Below the pieces are notes generated by a model, which was given only the letters and a program-made list of their open reading frames with translations, ran no database searches and was not told the origin of the DNA. From positions 32,001 through 96,000 of IMG/VR virus record IMGVR_UViG_3300011008_000016: a stretch of 64,000 nucleotides of DNA. One strand, written 5' to 3'. Both the position numbers and the translations under genes were made by a program. The number at the start of each line of letters is the position of its first letter. Within the stretch, counting starts at the first letter, position 1. Below, piece by piece: positions 60,906 through 64,000 of this stretch. The stretch is from a virus. Lineage: Duplodnaviria; Caudoviricetes.

Positions 60906-62255
60906 TCAATAATACGAATCATCATAAAGCCAGTCCTCAACAAATAGTTTGTTATGTAATTCGTCCATTCGTCGAATTGTTTGGTATGCATTATACCATT
61001 GTGCATTGCCTCGCCAAGACCCGTATCCGTTACGGACATCACTATAGTGAATCTTTCCTTCTTTTACCAAGTTTGCCATTCTCTTTAATTTCCGTCTTTC
61101 ACGAACAATGTTATCGTGAGGCATATTCTTAATGATTTTACCTGTCTCTGTGAGATTGTATTTTGTTTTAAGGAATGTAAATTTCGTAAGAGGACAAATC
61201 TGCGTTTTCTTTTCATTTACATGAATACCCAAATCTGTACATATTCTTACAAGTTGACCTAATAAATTCTGTAAGTATTCTTTACTCTCATGAATGACAT
61301 AAGTATCATCCATATATCGACCATAATAATGTAAACCACGAACGATTTTGCAGTAATTATCCATTTGAGTCGGATATAATATCCCAGAGATTTGTGATAT
61401 CTGACTACCAATCCCAAGAGACTTCCGCATCATCTTCTCTCCGGTGTGGAGTTCTTTTGGAATGTTATTGTAGTATTCCAGAGAATTAAATAAATCCTCT
61501 CTACAATGACTAAACTCCTCATCGGACATATATGATACATCTATCTCAAAGGTACTAATCAAATAAGTCACAATTCCCATTGCTAACTCATCTGGTATTT
61601 TCTCATTAAAATAGTTCAAGAGTTTTTCATGGTCAATATTGTCAAAGAATTTACGGAAATCAATTAGTAATACATATCCTTTGTTTGTTCCGTGTTTGCG
61701 ATAATACTGATGTAGGTGTCGATCTAATCGTTTACGTGTAAATCCGATTCCGCGTCCTTTGATCGATGCACCGTTGTCATAAATAAGATACCTCTGCACG
61801 GACGGATTAAGAATGTAGTCACAAACTGCACGATTAATCACACGGTCAGAGATATGCAAACTTTTAACGTGGCGGCGCTTTCCACGCTCATACAATGGAA
61901 ATTCGTAAAATGGTTTTTGTACGTATGTTCCATTGGACAAAACCTTCACAGTCCTATTGATGTTTTTAAGCATTGATGCCTCATATCGCTGTACGGACTC
62001 TTTCCAATCGACTCCCTTCTGCGAATTTTTGAATGCATCATACAAATTATTTGCATCTAACAACTTAGAAAATAGAGGATATTCGATTTCGAAATCCTCT
62101 ACATTTATATTTTCAGGAGTCATAGTTTTTAACCCCTTGTTTATAGCCTCAACTGTCGTAACAGGACGCATCAATGGGGTAAATTCACCTTGCGGACGGA
62201 CAAGATCTCCTTTCTTAATTCTCCATGTCGGCTCTACATAGCCTACTCTTAGCAT
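60906..62255 (-). CDS. brt: DGR-type reverse transcriptase
   Basis: GKRR, DRV, LLIDFRKFFDNIDH, LGIGSQISQ, YGRYMDD, FTFL; lies downstream of avd and TR; true start may be near 62123. Confidence 0.93.
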   Translation of the reverse strand: MLRVGYVEPTWRIKKGDLVRPQGEFTPLMRPVTTVEAINKGLKTMTPENINVEDFEIEYPLFSKLLDANNLYDAFKNSQKGVDWKESVQRYEASMLKNINRTVKVLSNGTYVQKPFYEFPLYERGKRRHVKSLHISDRVINRAVCDYILNPSVQRYLIYDNGASIKGRGIGFTRKRLDRHLHQYYRKHGTNKGYVLLIDFRKFFDNIDHEKLLNYFNEKIPDELAMGIVTYLISTFEIDVSYMSDEEFSHCREDLFNSLEYYNNIPKELHTGEKMMRKSLGIGSQISQISGILYPTQMDNYCKIVRGLHYYGRYMDDTYVIHESKEYLQNLLGQLVRICTDLGIHVNEKKTQICPLTKFTFLKTKYNLTETGKIIKNMPHDNIVRERRKLKRMANLVKEGKIHYSDVRNGYGSWRGNAQWYNAYQTIRRMDELHNKLFVEDWLYDDSYY

Positions 62256-62262
62256 GGTCTAA

Positions 62263-62357
62263 GAAATCGGGCGCACACCGTTCGAGTTGGACGCGTTGTT
62301 GTTATTGGAATTGCCATTGTTGTTGCAATTCGCAAAGTTCGTCGAGTTCGCAACGGC
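62263..62357 (-). ncRNA. DGR template repeat (TR)
   Basis: AAC/AAT-rich tract reading AVANSTNFANCNNNGNSNNNNASNSNGVRP between avd and RT; ends in GC-rich GTGCGCCCG. Confidence 0.9.
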
Positions 62358-62416
62358 TTTTTCTTCAATGAGATCAGATCTTCCCCGAGATTTCTTACGA
62401 TATAGCTGTAAGCATC

Positions 62417-63259
62417 CTACGTAGTTGTTACCTGCTCAGAAATAATTTTTGGAGAATTGTTCACAGACGTATTAATGATGGTTTTAGCATCACAGACCTC
62501 GTCGTCATCCAATTCGGTGTATTCCCTGATGAATCTATCTGCATACGATTTATGTTGATTATTGGCTGTTGCCGTGTTTTCAGTTTCTGTTTTGTCTTTG
62601 GTATGTTTCTTTTTGCGTTTCTGTTTTTGTTGGTTATTATAATCGTACTCTTCTCGAACTTTCTTTTCAATCTTCTCTCGTTCGATTTCTCTATGAAGGT
62701 CATTCGCATAGATTTTCTTTAAGAGACGATTGTCGCTCTTTCGCCAAGCTCGAAGTAGAGCAATTTCTTTTTCGATGAGGTCAACGTAAGGTAAATATTT
62801 GTTCACGTTAATATCAATCACCGTAAGGATATATTGTAATTCTTGTAGTATCTGTTCACAACAACCAATGGCTTGAGACTGATATTTTCGTCGTTCTGTC
62901 CATTCATCCATAGTTGTTGGATATAATGTATTTGCTTGAATAATGTTTCGAATAAGAAACCTGACTTCCGACATAACCCTGACTCGCATATCGGAAATTA
63001 ACCACTCAGGGTATTCGTCAACGATATTTCGTATTCCATACTTATCAACGATTTCCAGAAACTGTTCTGTATCCTCTGGAGACATTCGATTGATTCTCGT
63101 ATAGAGTTCTGAATTACGAACTTTAGCCTTGACACCGAAATCCCTGAGTAGTAATTCCGTTATGTTCTTTCTTATCTTGTATGCCGTGTGTAAAAATTCA
63201 AGTCTTGAGGTCTTTCTCTTACTTTTAAGTACCGACATACGATTTAGTTCCTTTCTCAT
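62417..63259 (-). CDS. avd: DGR accessory variability determinant (Avd) with a long charged C-terminal extension
   Basis: MSVLKSKR, IIQANTLYP, ERRKYQSQAIGCC, EIALLRAWRKSD; upstream of TR and RT. Confidence 0.85.
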   Translation of the reverse strand: MRKELNRMSVLKSKRKTSRLEFLHTAYKIRKNITELLLRDFGVKAKVRNSELYTRINRMSPEDTEQFLEIVDKYGIRNIVDEYPEWLISDMRVRVMSEVRFLIRNIIQANTLYPTTMDEWTERRKYQSQAIGCCEQILQELQYILTVIDINVNKYLPYVDLIEKEIALLRAWRKSDNRLLKKIYANDLHREIEREKIEKKVREEYDYNNQQKQKRKKKHTKDKTETENTATANNQHKSYADRFIREYTELDDDEVCDAKTIINTSVNNSPKIISEQVTTT

Positions 63260-63317
63260 AAAGATGTAAAAGATTTCATTATAAAAATGTATGTCGTTTG
63301 GAAATTAATTAGAAATA

Positions 63318-64000
63318 TTATCCAATTAACCAATAAGGCCGTAATCCTACATCAACTACGAATATATTATTATTATATATTCGTGGACAATATAATCTGG
63401 ATAATTTACCAGTTGGATATCTAATTGTAAGTCCCATATTGGATGGGTTAGAAGCAGAAGCCCCATTAGCATTATTGCTATTATACACAATGACGTTTGT
63501 ATCATTTCCACACACGCCATACTGATAACTCTCGTAATATGTGGTACCAATTATAGCAGCACTACCAACAGTTCCTGCATATGATGCTTGGTTTGATAAA
63601 ACCCATTGTTTAAATACATTTTCCGTACCTTTTTTTGCTAATCTAAAATTTGGATTAAGTCGAAATATTGGAAATTCTATATCCATCCATTCACCATCTA
63701 AATAATAAGCGTAATTGTTAGCAATGTATATATCACCAAATACATTTTTTATAGATGGTTCCCCAATTTTAAATAATACTTCACCATAATTTGGAGTTGT
63801 ATTTGGTGTTTTAAGATGAGAACCAAACTTATTACTTATTGCCGTTTCATATGCATTAAGTTTAGATGTAAATAATGGTCTATGTATTAGTGCTGTAGAT
63901 GATGTTGCCGCAACATCATCAAGTGTTGTTGTGCCACAATTAAGACAATGTCTTGGCATTATTATTGCAGCGTTTGAATTAAGCTCATTAAATCCGTTTT
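63318..64000 (-). CDS. 3' part of a DUF6273/CLec-like protein (open to the window edge)
   Basis: frame stays open to 64000; FPIFRLNP...WVLS...VGLRPYWLIG. Confidence 0.6.
   Translation of the reverse strand, partial: NGFNELNSNAAIIMPRHCLNCGTTTLDDVAATSSTALIHRPLFTSKLNAYETAISNKFGSHLKTPNTTPNYGEVLFKIGEPSIKNVFGDIYIANNYAYYLDGEWMDIEFPIFRLNPNFRLAKKGTENVFKQWVLSNQASYAGTVGSAAIIGTTYYESYQYGVCGNDTNVIVYNSNNANGASASNPSNMGLTIRYPTGKLSRLYCPRIYNNNIFVVDVGLRPYWLIG

Noticed and set aside
60906-62255. RT as a group II intron maturase or retron
   Set aside because: The IGSQISQ motif, upstream avd and AAY-rich TR fit a DGR; no domain V hairpin or retron VTG motif was seen
63318-63520. C-terminus of the gene upstream of avd as the active DGR variable repeat
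   Set aside because: It differs from TR at many non-adenine positions and has a different spacing before G(L/V)RP
1-64000. Stop-codon reassignment
   Set aside because: Genes are full length in the standard code; the internal stops seen are explained by an intron, an insertion and one frameshift

Overview
This window looks like a 64-kb segment of an AT-rich jumbo myovirus related to PBS1/AR9 and phiKZ. The host is probably an anaerobic Firmicute, judging from AGGAGG-type ribosome-binding sites, a class III RNR and an amidase-SH3b lysin. It holds a phage chaperonin, a B-family DNA polymerase split into two genes about 18.6 kb apart, and phage RNA polymerase beta'-like subunits. It also holds an SF2 helicase, nrdG, nrdD (interrupted by an ORF-less group I intron in the glycyl-radical motif), terminase, portal, major capsid, prohead protease, tail sheath and tube, RNase HI, a tyrosine recombinase and an endolysin. 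The right end carries a diversity-generating retroelement (avd-TR-RT) whose live target is not visible in the window. Two recurring upstream motifs are readable directly: TATATTAW (probably early promoters) and ACA-N6-TAA (AR9-like, probably late promoters). The most unusual features are: (i) several strongly base-paired non-coding units, two sharing a 53-nt promoter/leader; (ii) an exact 82-bp copy of the RT YMDD segment sitting antisense inside another gene; (iii) a remote gene with a fossil DGR variable-repeat signature; (iv) an early cassette of tandem sigma-4-like and alpha-CTD-like domains; and (v) a predicted head protein carrying Nudix and ART-like domains. All calls come from reading motifs by eye; no database search was run.
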